From the NCBI GenBank assembly GCA_965216065.1, contig CBDCFB010000001.1, forward strand, positions 77,802 through 141,801: a stretch of 64,000 nt of DNA, read 5' to 3'. The translations under genes were made by a program, and so were the position numbers. A model generated the notes under the pieces. The model ran no database searches. It had not been told where the DNA came from and worked only from the letters and a program-made list of their open reading frames with translations. The stretch is from Dehalococcoidia bacterium. Lineage in GTDB: Bacteria > Chloroflexota > Dehalococcoidia > Lucifugimonadales > UBA3495. Of this stretch, positions 16,385-25,514 are shown piece after piece; positions within the stretch are counted from its first letter, which is position 1, and the number at the start of each line of letters is the position of its first letter.

Positions 16385-19300
16385 TTACAAGAGCCTTTCT
16401 TGCACTCCACGGGCTATTGTCGGTTCCGGCGCCTCTTCCCCGTACAGTGCCTGCCAGAGGCTTCTCTGTGCCTGGTGGTCGTCGTGGCCCAGCTTCGTTG
16501 TACGGATCAGGGCCTCCAAGGTGTACTTGAACCGTTCGTCCTGAGGGTTATAGAGCTTCTGCGTCAGCCATTGCTGCGCGTCCAGAGTGTTGCGGCGCCC
16601 GGTGAGGGCCACTGCCGTGTGTACCAGGTCCAAGTTCGTCTTTGGAGTCTGGTTATCACCAATATTTCCCGCCGCCATCCGGTCCTTCGCGCTCAGGAAA
16701 GACACCTTATCGGTCTTGAAGGTCGCTATGCTCTTCATTCCCGGGTCTTGTTTCTTCAGGCTGGTGCCTAGCGCCCTAGCCAGAAGGTTCGCTTCGTCGA
16801 ACTCCATCACGGCTCCGCCGTTGGCGTCGTTGGCAAGGATGTAGAACTTTGTCGCATCGTCGACTGGGCTATCGGCCCAGTCCTTGCTGATCGCTTCTGC
16901 CCGATGTTTGCTCACCTCTGCCCGGGCGACTTGGAGGGCGTCCGTGGGGGTAACTGAAAACGGGTTTGCCCGTCTGTCCTCAATCGCGGTTTCGCGTTCA
17001 GTGCCCCAGTGTTCACTAATGACCTTGAGGGCTGGGCCGAAGGCGCTCAGATATAGGTCGATGGGTTTAAGGTCAGCTTGACTCAGGTTGTCTCTGATAT
17101 CATCTTGGACTTCCTTGGCTATGAGTTCTTCAACCCTGTGCCATGGTTCGGGAGTCGCGTTTGCCTCACGGGGTCGGCAGACCAAAAGGATGGTGGTGCG
17201 GGCGGCGGCTCTGTCCTTGATGTGAATTGATGACTCTGCCTCGGTCTTGATGGGCCAGGTCCGGGTAATGCTGAACCCGGCATTTATAAGTGCTACCGTC
17301 AACGCGTCCCAGGCCGCGGTGGACTTGTGGGTGAACATCACGGTCATGATGCCGTCCGGTTTTATCACCCGTCGACACTCGGTGAATATCTCGGCCATCT
17401 TGGCCTCGTAGTCCTGGGTTGCCAGTTTCCTGGCAGACGTAGCCTTCGTGCCGGTTCCATTGAACCGGGCCGGGCTGGCTATGGCCTCCAAGTCCTTCTC
17501 GGAAAGGTGTCTGGTGAAATCCTCGGGAAAGATATACCCGGCAGTTCGCTTCAGCCAGACGTAAAAGAAATCGGATAGTTCAGCATAGTTGACGTTGGCT
17601 TCGTACGGAGGGTCGAATGTGATGCAGCCTACGCTGCCGTCGTTCAGTTGAGATATGAACTGGGCCTCGCTGTTAATCACTTCGGATGGCGTAGGGATGC
17701 TTTTCGGCTTCTCCGGGCTTAACATTTGCCCGGGGGTCCCGCTTTGATTGGTCATCTCCAGTAAATCATCTAGGCATTCCTCGATGTCGGTAATCGCCCA
17801 CTCCAATCCCAGTCCTTGGCAGGCGATGGCCATTTCTGTGTAAGAGCATTTGAACCCAAAGTCGTGGCTGTCGAAGGTGCCCGCAACGACCTGTCTGTTA
17901 GCGTGCCAGCGGCACATCAGACTGTTCGTGTTGAGCAGTTTATCTATGCCGAGCGCTACAAAGATCCAAGCCACCTTTCGTCGTTCCTCCAAGGCCTCGG
18001 TGTCTCGCTCTTCCTCGACACATTCTTGGAATGCCTCCACGCAGTGCCCGTGGGCCAGTTGTTGCCGTGGGCTGAACATTTCCACCCATTTCCTCATGCC
18101 GTGGTTAAGTGGCTCTTTGGTCTTATTTCCGTACGGTATTTCCTCGTCGGGGAGTATTCCTTTTGTGGACCATTGAGGGGCTAGCCGAGCTAACTCTCTT
18201 TCGATGAAGTCTCCGTTGTCTTGGTCTAGGTCAACCTCCAGAAATCCCCGGAAGGTTGTAAGGCGCTTCTTTTCTTTTCCGGCCTTGGTCTTTTCTTTCC
18301 AAGAATCCCGGTAGATTGTGGCATACAGTTGATGGCCCATACGGCCCGCTTGGGCTTCCTTCGCCAAGGACCCCTTGGGCGTAGTGATGCCGCAGGTGGG
18401 TTGAGGACATACGGCGACCGCCCGGGAGGTCGTGCCGGCGCTGGCTTCCCCGTCTGGGTGTAAAGTGGCGGTGTTGCAGGGTTGCTTCGGGTCACTCTTC
18501 CGGCAGTCCGGGCAGGCTCTTCGATCGTGTACAATCCGGAACTGGCATTCCCGTCCGTCGGGATCCAGGCGGATGCCGGTCCCTTTGTTGTCAAGTCGCC
18601 AGTTGGGACTCAGAGGGATTGCGCTATCACAAGCGGGGCATTTCATAGTCCTAGCCCAGAGGTATGCCCAAACGTGCCTCTGCGCCTGGACTCCAGCGTG
18701 GCTCTTCAAACCGAGCTTGGTATGACTGCATGAATCTGGTTCTGGACAGTTCTCTGTACACCGGTACCGCTGCGGATGGGGGCAGTTACCTCCGGCGCAG
18801 TCAGGAAGGGGTTCCTGTGGATAGGCGTCGGACAGCTTCTCGCTGACCCGAGCTAGGAACTTCTGGCTGACTTCCTGATAGTCCTCAAGTAGCTTTCGTC
18901 CGAACGTCTGGGGCCATTCGCAGGTTGCCCTCAGTATTAGGCAGGCGACTGGGTTTAGTTCATTGGCGATGGTCCGGAAGCCTAGCCGTCCGGCCTCAAA
19001 TGGTATGGATCCCCCTCCGGCCGTGACGTCGAGCACGATGGGCGCAGAATCGCCCTCCTCCGTGAGGAACTCAGGGTTGTGGAGGAATGCCCGCTTATTG
19101 GGAAACGAGATGTCGGACCACCCGCCCTCGGCCTTGACGGTATCCATCTGGTTCCGGGCTTTGACAACCTCTGGCGAGGTTCCAAGGCTCGCTATAAATT
19201 TTTCCCTGTCAGTGTCGACCGGGAGCATGGATGCTGCGACCGCAGCCCGGGAGGCTATTAGTGGACGACGGGCCCACCATACGTGTAACTGGTTTACAGG

Positions 19301-19402
19301 TGGGTGGCCAGCCAGCGCTCCGCCTTCTCTGATTGCCTCAACGCTTATCTCGTTGATGGGCAACCATTGTTCGATGAGTCGCTCGGTCTGATCGGTCATC
19401 AC
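16385..19402 (-). CDS. DUF1156-type DNA methyltransferase with Zn-ribbon inserts
   Basis: N-terminal 'IEQWLPINEIS...NQLHVWWARRPL' is the DUF1156 signature. 'VLDVTAGGGSIPFEAGRLG' is SAM motif I. Several CxxC clusters are present, and 'ITFDPPYEANVNY' is motif IV (DPPY). Confidence 0.9.
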   Translation of the reverse strand: MMTDQTERLIEQWLPINEISVEAIREGGALAGHPPVNQLHVWWARRPLIASRAAVAASMLPVDTDREKFIASLGTSPEVVKARNQMDTVKAEGGWSDISFPNKRAFLHNPEFLTEEGDSAPIVLDVTAGGGSIPFEAGRLGFRTIANELNPVACLILRATCEWPQTFGRKLLEDYQEVSQKFLARVSEKLSDAYPQEPLPDCAGGNCPHPQRYRCTENCPEPDSCSHTKLGLKSHAGVQAQRHVWAYLWARTMKCPACDSAIPLSPNWRLDNKGTGIRLDPDGRECQFRIVHDRRACPDCRKSDPKQPCNTATLHPDGEASAGTTSRAVAVCPQPTCGITTPKGSLAKEAQAGRMGHQLYATIYRDSWKEKTKAGKEKKRLTTFRGFLEVDLDQDNGDFIERELARLAPQWSTKGILPDEEIPYGNKTKEPLNHGMRKWVEMFSPRQQLAHGHCVEAFQECVEEERDTEALEERRKVAWIFVALGIDKLLNTNSLMCRWHANRQVVAGTFDSHDFGFKCSYTEMAIACQGLGLEWAITDIEECLDDLLEMTNQSGTPGQMLSPEKPKSIPTPSEVINSEAQFISQLNDGSVGCITFDPPYEANVNYAELSDFFYVWLKRTAGYIFPEDFTRHLSEKDLEAIASPARFNGTGTKATSARKLATQDYEAKMAEIFTECRRVIKPDGIMTVMFTHKSTAAWDALTVALINAGFSITRTWPIKTEAESSIHIKDRAAARTTILLVCRPREANATPEPWHRVEELIAKEVQDDIRDNLSQADLKPIDLYLSAFGPALKVISEHWGTERETAIEDRRANPFSVTPTDALQVARAEVSKHRAEAISKDWADSPVDDATKFYILANDANGGAVMEFDEANLLARALGTSLKKQDPGMKSIATFKTDKVSFLSAKDRMAAGNIGDNQTPKTNLDLVHTAVALTGRRNTLDAQQWLTQKLYNPQDERFKYTLEALIRTTKLGHDDHQAQRSLWQALYGEEAPEPTIARGVQERLL

Positions 19403-19531
19403 AATGTCCTGTCAGTTGGCATCTATCATCCGTGGGGTAATGAGGCGTATTCGTTGCCAATGTGTTCGAGAATTTCGTCTCTCGGCCTTACCTGTGGTTA
19501 TGACCGATCTTATTTATGGTGAATGGCCGAG

Positions 19532-20176
19532 TTAGTTCCAATTCATCTCCATAACCATAGGCAATTCGTATTCCCCAACTGCGAATTTGCCGATGAGTAC
19601 AGGTCGCCCCCATATCTCACTCTTGTGCTTGGCGATCTTGCAAGATGGTATTAACGTCGAAGGGTTCGGGAGTTCTAGTTTGGGAAGGTATCGTGGTAGA
19701 TTCTCTCCTGATAAAGGTCTTGCCGCCTTTTCGTGGGCCTCCACTCGTATAGTTTCGGTGCCTTTAATAATCTGGTGTGTTAACGTCCCCTGTGAAAGCA
19801 GTTGTTCGGCAACCATCATCAGCAGGTCGTTCTTACTCCCTGGAGTTTTAAGTTTCCGTCGGAGCTTGAACAATCGTGCCTTGTTGAAGTTGGGACCTTC
19901 CGGCATCGGCCAGTCAGGTATGACTTCTTTCGCAGGGACATGGATTTTCAGTTCAGTGATTACAATTGCAGACCTGCCGTGATTGGTAACAACCACGTCT
20001 ATTGTGTTAGGGTCGATTCTCGTATTCACTACGATCTCGATGGATGCTATCACTCTTTGTTTGTAAAGGTAAATCAGGAGCGCTGCGAGCAAACTGAGTG
20101 CCAAGGCTATGAGAGCTGTGACCACTGCTTGATATAGCCAAGGTATCTGTGACATTGTTGGGCCTTCGGTTGGCAT
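19532..20176 (-). CDS. Hypothetical single-pass membrane protein
   Basis: N-terminal TM 'LYQAVVTALIALALSLLAALLIYLY' followed by a ~170-aa soluble domain. It starts 6 nt after the upstream stop. Confidence 0.6.
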   Translation of the reverse strand: MPTEGPTMSQIPWLYQAVVTALIALALSLLAALLIYLYKQRVIASIEIVVNTRIDPNTIDVVVTNHGRSAIVITELKIHVPAKEVIPDWPMPEGPNFNKARLFKLRRKLKTPGSKNDLLMMVAEQLLSQGTLTHQIIKGTETIRVEAHEKAARPLSGENLPRYLPKLELPNPSTLIPSCKIAKHKSEIWGRPVLIGKFAVGEYELPMVMEMNWN

Positions 20177-20182
20177 ACGCTC

Positions 20183-20620
20183 TCATCCGTACATCAGGGT
20201 CAGAGCTTCCATCACCTTCTTTGGTCTGTTCCGATTCCGGGCGCACGCGTACCACCAGGAGCTCTCACAAGGGTGCATGTCCGCGATGGCTCGGCCCAGC
20301 GATTCTGCTTCCTGGATGCCTTCGACGTGTCCCACCGCATCCATCAGGAGCCGGATCTGCACCGCCTCCTCCTCGCTGAGGGGGTAGTATTGCTTGGCTT
20401 CGACGTCCTGGGGTTGAAGTCGCTTTCCCTGCATCTTCCACAGGACGGTGGAGGCCGGTTGGAAACACCGGTCGTAAAGGTCCCCTGCAGCGTTCTGAAG
20501 TCGGCGCCCGTTCCTCTTGGCCGTTCTGCCGGCCAGGGTTATGGATATTCGACGCATCCCCTTTGGGTCGTGGTCCAGTAGCAGCCCGTGGTCCTTGTCC
20601 GTTTCTCTGAGCAGTGTCAT
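20183..20620 (-). CDS. Hypothetical 145-aa protein
   Basis: It starts 26 nt after the DUF499 gene stop and has ordinary composition. It sits where DUF3780-like genes often accompany DUF499/DUF1156, but I cannot confirm that family by eye. Confidence 0.6.
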   Translation of the reverse strand: MTLLRETDKDHGLLLDHDPKGMRRISITLAGRTAKRNGRRLQNAAGDLYDRCFQPASTVLWKMQGKRLQPQDVEAKQYYPLSEEEAVQIRLLMDAVGHVEGIQEAESLGRAIADMHPCESSWWYACARNRNRPKKVMEALTLMYG

Positions 20621-20646
20621 CAGGTTCCTGTCCTTTATAGATGGGG

Positions 20647-23583
20647 TTACTCATATTCTGCCCTGATCCTGGCGGTGTGGCTGTTGTTGAGTTTCCCCAG
20701 TATCTCTTCCGCTCCCTTGGCGTCCGTTCTGATGGTTACGTCAGCGGTGCCCACATCCGCCAGTTGCAGCATCCTTCTGGCTGAGCTCGAGAATTTCTTG
20801 AAATCCTGCGGGCTCAGGTTCCTCAATTCCAGGTTGATGGCCTGGCTGAACCCGGTGAGGGACATGAGTATTCCCTCCCCTGCTCCCTGGGGGATGCTGG
20901 CCACGTGGTCCGCGAATTCCGGGGCGGTTGCGGTGATGGTGCAGGACTTCATCTCATCCCAGGTGTACCCCTGGGCCTCCATGAATTCCTTGACCGCGGT
21001 CGCGGCTACCCCGGCCTGGGTGAACTCGGTCTCGATGGACTTCGGTTTGGCGGGAACGGGTTCCTCGTCCTGTTGCTTCCTTTGCTCTTCCTCTTTTTCG
21101 CCTTCGTGAAACTCTTCTTCTTTCTGAGTATCCTTGGTCCTATCTGGCTTGTATGGGGTCGCCCACGCCTTCCAGTTGGCATCGTATCCGCTGGTGGGGT
21201 TGACCTCCCCCGCCTGGGTTTCCACGTACAGTCCCCCGTTCTGGATGCCTGTCTTCACGAGGTTGAGCCAGGCCTCCTGGTTCAGCACGCTCCGCTCGGC
21301 CGGCCTGGCAGCGAAGTATTCCCTGAGCTCCCGGAGGGTGATTCCTTCGTCTCCTCTCAGGACTTGTATCTGCTCCCAGGCGTTCGGGCTGATGTTTGCA
21401 CCGGTGCCGTGGAGAATCCTGTCTCCCAGTTGGTCTATGATCTGCTTCTGTCCGTTCCCGGCCGGGTCAGCAGTTGAAGATAGAGGCCGGTGTTCCAGCG
21501 TGCTGCTGGACGTGGGCCACCGGAGGTTGTCGCTAATCCCGGGACAGATCAGATGGCTCCACTTGTTCTGAATGCCGGTGGTGGCGTTCTTCTCTGCCTC
21601 AGCTCTGATGCCCTCGAGAGTCTTCCTACGATGTTCCGGGATGTTTTGGTTCTTGTCCTTGAGGAGCCTGTCGGCGGCCTCCATCGTGGCGATGGATTGC
21701 CTGATGCTTTCCAGGTTCCTGTCCTGTGGGACCAGGAACATCGCATTGTTGCGAAACCGGCGTGGCTCGGTCCCGTTGTTTCCCATGTTGTGGGAGTACA
21801 GGTCCATCAGATCGCTGTTGCTCATCTTCATAGTGCTGTCTTGGTAGTCGGCCCAGTTGAAGAAGTCTGGGTTGACTATCCCCAGATGCACCTGCTCTGC
21901 ATCGTCCGGGACGTTGCTCGCCCTGTTCGGGAAGACGGTCACCCTCATCTGCGCCTGCGGGTTCTGCTTGTTTCCGCCGGAATAGGCGCTGGTGATGGCC
22001 TTCCGGAGCAGGGCTTCCAGGTTCTGGGTGTCTGCCCTGATCGAGTCTCTCACCTCGATGAGTTGTTTCATGACGTTGGGTTCCCGGCTGAACCTCTTCC
22101 GAGCGGAGCCGGCGTTGTCGTCGACGTGGATGGCCCTGCTCAGGAATGACTGGACTCCAGTTGCTACGACTCCGAAATCCTGGTGTTCGGGGGAGAGAAT
22201 GGCGTCTGCAATCTGGTCGTCATAGAGCCCGTTCACGTTGTCCGAGGCCAGAGTTCCGAGCAGGACGGTCTTGGCGGTTTGTCCCGCTATCTCCTCATTC
22301 AGCTTCGCTGAGGTGCTGTTCGCTCCGACCACGTCGGTATCTATCGCAGGGTCCAGGGATTCGAACCCGATCCTGTTGATCATCTCACTTCGGACCGCCG
22401 GTATGGACGGGTCAATGTGGTGTGGATGGATCAGGGGGGTGGTGTCATTTCCGTTCCGCAGGGTCAGGACCGTGTTTCCGAGAAGGCGGAGTGTTCCCCG
22501 GACTCGCTGGAAGTTCCGGTTGTCAGCCAACCGGCCCGTTATGAGGCTGAGTACCGAAGGATGGAATGGGTAGCATTCCCGGAACCGTTCTTCAGACAGG
22601 ATGTCGTTCGAGCGACTGTTCCTGGATGCGACGGACGCATATGCGGAGGTGGTCTGCTCACGGGCTTCCTCGTCGACGCTGAAGAAGAGCCTGGCCCGAA
22701 GGATGGCGGGTAGGTCCGCCTCCTCTGACGGGGCCAAAGGCTGGGTCTGCCTAGCCAGTTGGGAGTTGATCCTGTCCAGCACGTCGATGAGTGTCAGAGC
22801 ATCCGCCTGGTAGGCGTCGCCCTGACTTGCCGGTCCCTGTTCGGACAGGAGGCCGTGGGCATCCTCCGGGCTGGTGATTATCAGCACCGCGTTCGGGCAA
22901 CTGGATACCGCGGATGCCAGGGCGCTGACGGTGCTGAGGGCACCCTCCAAGCTGATCTGGTCGCCTGAGTCGATGCGCTGTCTTACCTTGTTGATGTAGT
23001 GGACCAGCTCGTCGATCATTATGACCGTCGGTTGGTTTCCGATCAGCCTCCGGAACTCGTCCGCGCCAGGGTCTGTCAGACGCTCGTCCCCTTCCCGGAA
23101 CTGCTGGAGTGCTTCTTCTCCTCCCAGATGGAAGAGAAGGTACCCGGCCAGGCTCTTGGCCCTGAGTCCCTGGTCGTCCAGGTTCATCCCGGTGGTGGGG
23201 TTGGAGTTCTCCCCGTTGAAGGCGACCACTCTTGCGCTGGTAGCTTTTGTCTGGGCGGTCTCCTCCCAGTAGTCAAGGTGTGGATGAAGGGCGGCTGCGG
23301 CCACCACCAGCATTCCGTGGGTCTTTCCTCCGCCGTACCTGCTGTAAAGCTGGAAGATGGACGGACTGGTGCTGGATGCACCGTTTTCCATCCTGTCCAT
23401 GACCATTCTGAGGAGGTCCCGGGTTGAGGAGGTCAGGTGGGTGGTCTGCAGGAAATCTGTCGCTTTTTCAGGTGTTGAGAGTTCTTTCTCTATGCCACTG
23501 ATCAGCTCGGCGGCGTATTGGTCGGCTGCTTGCGAGATGGGCCTGGGAGGGCAGGCTGTCAGGAAGGGAGTGAGCGTTGTCAT
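20647..23583 (-). CDS. DUF499-type P-loop ATPase
   Basis: 'ATDFLQTTHLTSSTRDLLRMV...YSRYGGGKTHGMLV' gives the Walker A and 'VIMIDELVHY' the Walker B. The ~980-aa size is typical of DUF499 partners of DUF1156 methylases. Confidence 0.85.
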   Translation of the reverse strand: MTTLTPFLTACPPRPISQAADQYAAELISGIEKELSTPEKATDFLQTTHLTSSTRDLLRMVMDRMENGASSTSPSIFQLYSRYGGGKTHGMLVVAAAALHPHLDYWEETAQTKATSARVVAFNGENSNPTTGMNLDDQGLRAKSLAGYLLFHLGGEEALQQFREGDERLTDPGADEFRRLIGNQPTVIMIDELVHYINKVRQRIDSGDQISLEGALSTVSALASAVSSCPNAVLIITSPEDAHGLLSEQGPASQGDAYQADALTLIDVLDRINSQLARQTQPLAPSEEADLPAILRARLFFSVDEEAREQTTSAYASVASRNSRSNDILSEERFRECYPFHPSVLSLITGRLADNRNFQRVRGTLRLLGNTVLTLRNGNDTTPLIHPHHIDPSIPAVRSEMINRIGFESLDPAIDTDVVGANSTSAKLNEEIAGQTAKTVLLGTLASDNVNGLYDDQIADAILSPEHQDFGVVATGVQSFLSRAIHVDDNAGSARKRFSREPNVMKQLIEVRDSIRADTQNLEALLRKAITSAYSGGNKQNPQAQMRVTVFPNRASNVPDDAEQVHLGIVNPDFFNWADYQDSTMKMSNSDLMDLYSHNMGNNGTEPRRFRNNAMFLVPQDRNLESIRQSIATMEAADRLLKDKNQNIPEHRRKTLEGIRAEAEKNATTGIQNKWSHLICPGISDNLRWPTSSSTLEHRPLSSTADPAGNGQKQIIDQLGDRILHGTGANISPNAWEQIQVLRGDEGITLRELREYFAARPAERSVLNQEAWLNLVKTGIQNGGLYVETQAGEVNPTSGYDANWKAWATPYKPDRTKDTQKEEEFHEGEKEEEQRKQQDEEPVPAKPKSIETEFTQAGVAATAVKEFMEAQGYTWDEMKSCTITATAPEFADHVASIPQGAGEGILMSLTGFSQAINLELRNLSPQDFKKFSSSARRMLQLADVGTADVTIRTDAKGAEEILGKLNNSHTARIRAEYE

Positions 23584-23648
23584 GGATGAGTCTGCTCCAG
23601 GTTGTGCGGTTTGGGTTGTAGGTAATTTCTGCGACGAAAGGTATGAAA

Positions 23649-24417
23649 CTAGCTTTCACACACTATACTGTCTCCGTCCTCGTCTCGCGCGTCCGGGACC
23701 ATCGCCTTCGGGTAGCCCCGACCTCCGCCTTGGCTACCCTGCACACGCTGTTCCCCCGCGGACTCCGCCTCCTCGCACGACCCGTACACTGCCCCCTCAG
23801 GTTCCGCCGTGGGCTTATGCACCCCCACCCTGGCCTCCTTGGTCTCCCTTGTCTCCACCTCATACTCAGGCGGGTTCTCGCAGGTCCCCAGCATGTCCAT
23901 CACGATTTCCGACTCGCGCTGGGTCATGGTCAGGTCCCACTTTTCCTTTATCTCCGCCCAGTCCCTGGCGTACTGGCACCAGAGGGCATTGTCCGGCGGC
24001 GCCCACTCCTCCGGGCCCCTCGCACCCTTGCTCGGGTTGTGCCGGGAACTGATCGCCACCAGGTGGTTTTCTTCTCCCAGGTAGTTGGTGTATTCCTCTT
24101 TCGTTTCCGGGGACCATGCCCACCCACCCGAGCGGCGCCCACCACTGTCCGGTTTCTACCCGACATTTCCTGTCTGTCTCGTAGGTCACTGCTACCAGGC
24201 TCTCCGCGATCAGGACCTCCTGCCGGGCGTCTTGGCAGTCCCCGTCGGCGTCAACCCAGTGGCGCCAGTCGGAGCGGTCGTAGTCTGGGATGCCTGCGGG
24301 AATCGCGGCGACGGTGATCACCAGGATGTTCGTCGGTGTTGGGGTCGGCGCAGGCATTCTGGTCGGGGACGGAGTGGGTGTCGCAGGCGTCCTGGTCGGT
24401 GTTGCCCCGGTTGTCAC
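23649..24417 (-). pseudogene. HNH/DUF1524-like secreted nuclease, frameshifted with an internal deletion
   Basis: 'IPDYDRSDWRHWVDADGDCQDARQEVL...CRVETGQWWAP' is in one frame. 'SGGWAWSPETKEEYTNYLGEENHLVAISSRHNPSKGARGPEEWAPPDN...C' is in another. The expected DIDH..PL block between them is missing. Confidence 0.6.
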
Positions 24418-24423
24418 CGGCGT

Positions 24424-25284
24424 CTACGCCGGTGTGAGTTCGGTTGTCGCCTGTGTGGGCGCCGGTGGAGCAGTGCCGGGCACCTGCCCGGGCGGGTGTC
24501 CCATGTCCAGCCCACACTCCGTCCCGGCCTGGGCCAGGTTCGTAAAATCTCCCTCCTGCGCCGCTTTCATCGCCCCTGCCATCTGTCTCGGTCCGCCCAA
24601 TTCGGCCAAAAGGCACCGCATCCCCTCCCGTTCCTCCGGTCCCATCCCGACCTGTGGGCCGGCGGTTTCCCCTTCCTCATCGTTCAGACAGGCCATCGTT
24701 ACAAACAGTCCGGCCATGCTCCCGGCCATGGCCCTTCCCGGGTTCCCCTCGATGCCTGCGGTCATGACCGCCCTGGGGTCGATGACCTCAAAAGCAGCCC
24801 GTACACAGTCGGAGGATTCCTGGCTGAGCGGTTCTGAACCGGGTACGAACCCGGCGAGAAAGACCCTTGCCAGGGTCTCGTCTTCGAGACACCCGACGTA
24901 CCTGGTCTGCCGCTCCGTGTTCTCGCCGATACACGCCAGTTCGGTTTCAGAGAGAGCGGACCGAAACGCCCCGGAGTCCTGCATCTGGAGAGGGGCGATC
25001 CTACCGTTGGGCGTTGGAGTCGGTGCGGGGGTCGGAGAACTGGCCGGCGTCGCCGTGGGCGCGGCCGTGGGTCTCTCGGTCGGGGTCTCCAGTGTCGCCG
25101 TCGCCGGTGTCTCGGTCATAACCGTCTGTGTGGTGTTCGTCGGTTCAGGTGCGGGCGCTGATGTCGCATCTCCCGCGGGGATTGGGACCGTCGCCTCTGC
25201 CCCTCCTGGGGTCGGGGTCGTATCCCCGCAGGCCAGCAGGGCCGCGAGAATCACTGGGAATATCCATAGGGGCAACTTCAGCAT
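24424..25284 (-). CDS. Lipoprotein (probable former N-terminal part of the decayed nuclease)
   Basis: Signal 'MLKLPLWIFPVILAALLAC/GD' and P/T-rich linkers. It ends at a TAG that is in frame with the downstream nuclease remnant. Confidence 0.55.
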   Translation of the reverse strand: MLKLPLWIFPVILAALLACGDTTPTPGGAEATVPIPAGDATSAPAPEPTNTTQTVMTETPATATLETPTERPTAAPTATPASSPTPAPTPTPNGRIAPLQMQDSGAFRSALSETELACIGENTERQTRYVGCLEDETLARVFLAGFVPGSEPLSQESSDCVRAAFEVIDPRAVMTAGIEGNPGRAMAGSMAGLFVTMACLNDEEGETAGPQVGMGPEEREGMRCLLAELGGPRQMAGAMKAAQEGDFTNLAQAGTECGLDMGHPPGQVPGTAPPAPTQATTELTPA

Positions 25285-25393
25285 CAGGTTCCTTTCTTCC
25301 CATCCCATCGGGCGGGACTGCGAAATTCGTACTGCTGAATGTACCTGCGCCAGTGGCCGCAGTTCAATCTTCTCCTGTCAGTGTGTCTGGTAT

Positions 25394-25424
25394 CCCAAAA
25401 GAAAGGCCCGGCTGATGCCGGGCC
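25394..25424 (-). terminator. Hairpin plus T-tract (minus strand)
   Basis: GGCCCGGC-TGAT-GCCGGGCC, followed on the minus strand by TTTCTTTTGGG. Confidence 0.45.
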
Positions 25425-25514
25425 CTGCAGGTGTGCTTGATGGAAGGTAGTTGCGCTGGCACGGGGCGGGTTGTTGTCCCTGATGAGGCTTATTCGGTTG
25501 TCCTTGGCCCAGAC

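Noticed and set aside
12135-23583. Calling the operon DISARM or BREX
   Set aside because: I could recognise no DUF1998 protein, DrmA-type helicase, PglZ phosphatase, BrxC ATPase or Lon-like BrxL. The methylase is of the DUF1156 type, partnered with DUF499.
3666-24426. Two in-frame TAG codons (3666-3668 and 24424-24426) as possible stop-codon recoding
   Set aside because: TAG also terminates well-supported genes here, including the permease-RDD gene, both large surface genes and the DUF2513-like gene. Nonsense mutations in decaying genes are the simpler explanation.
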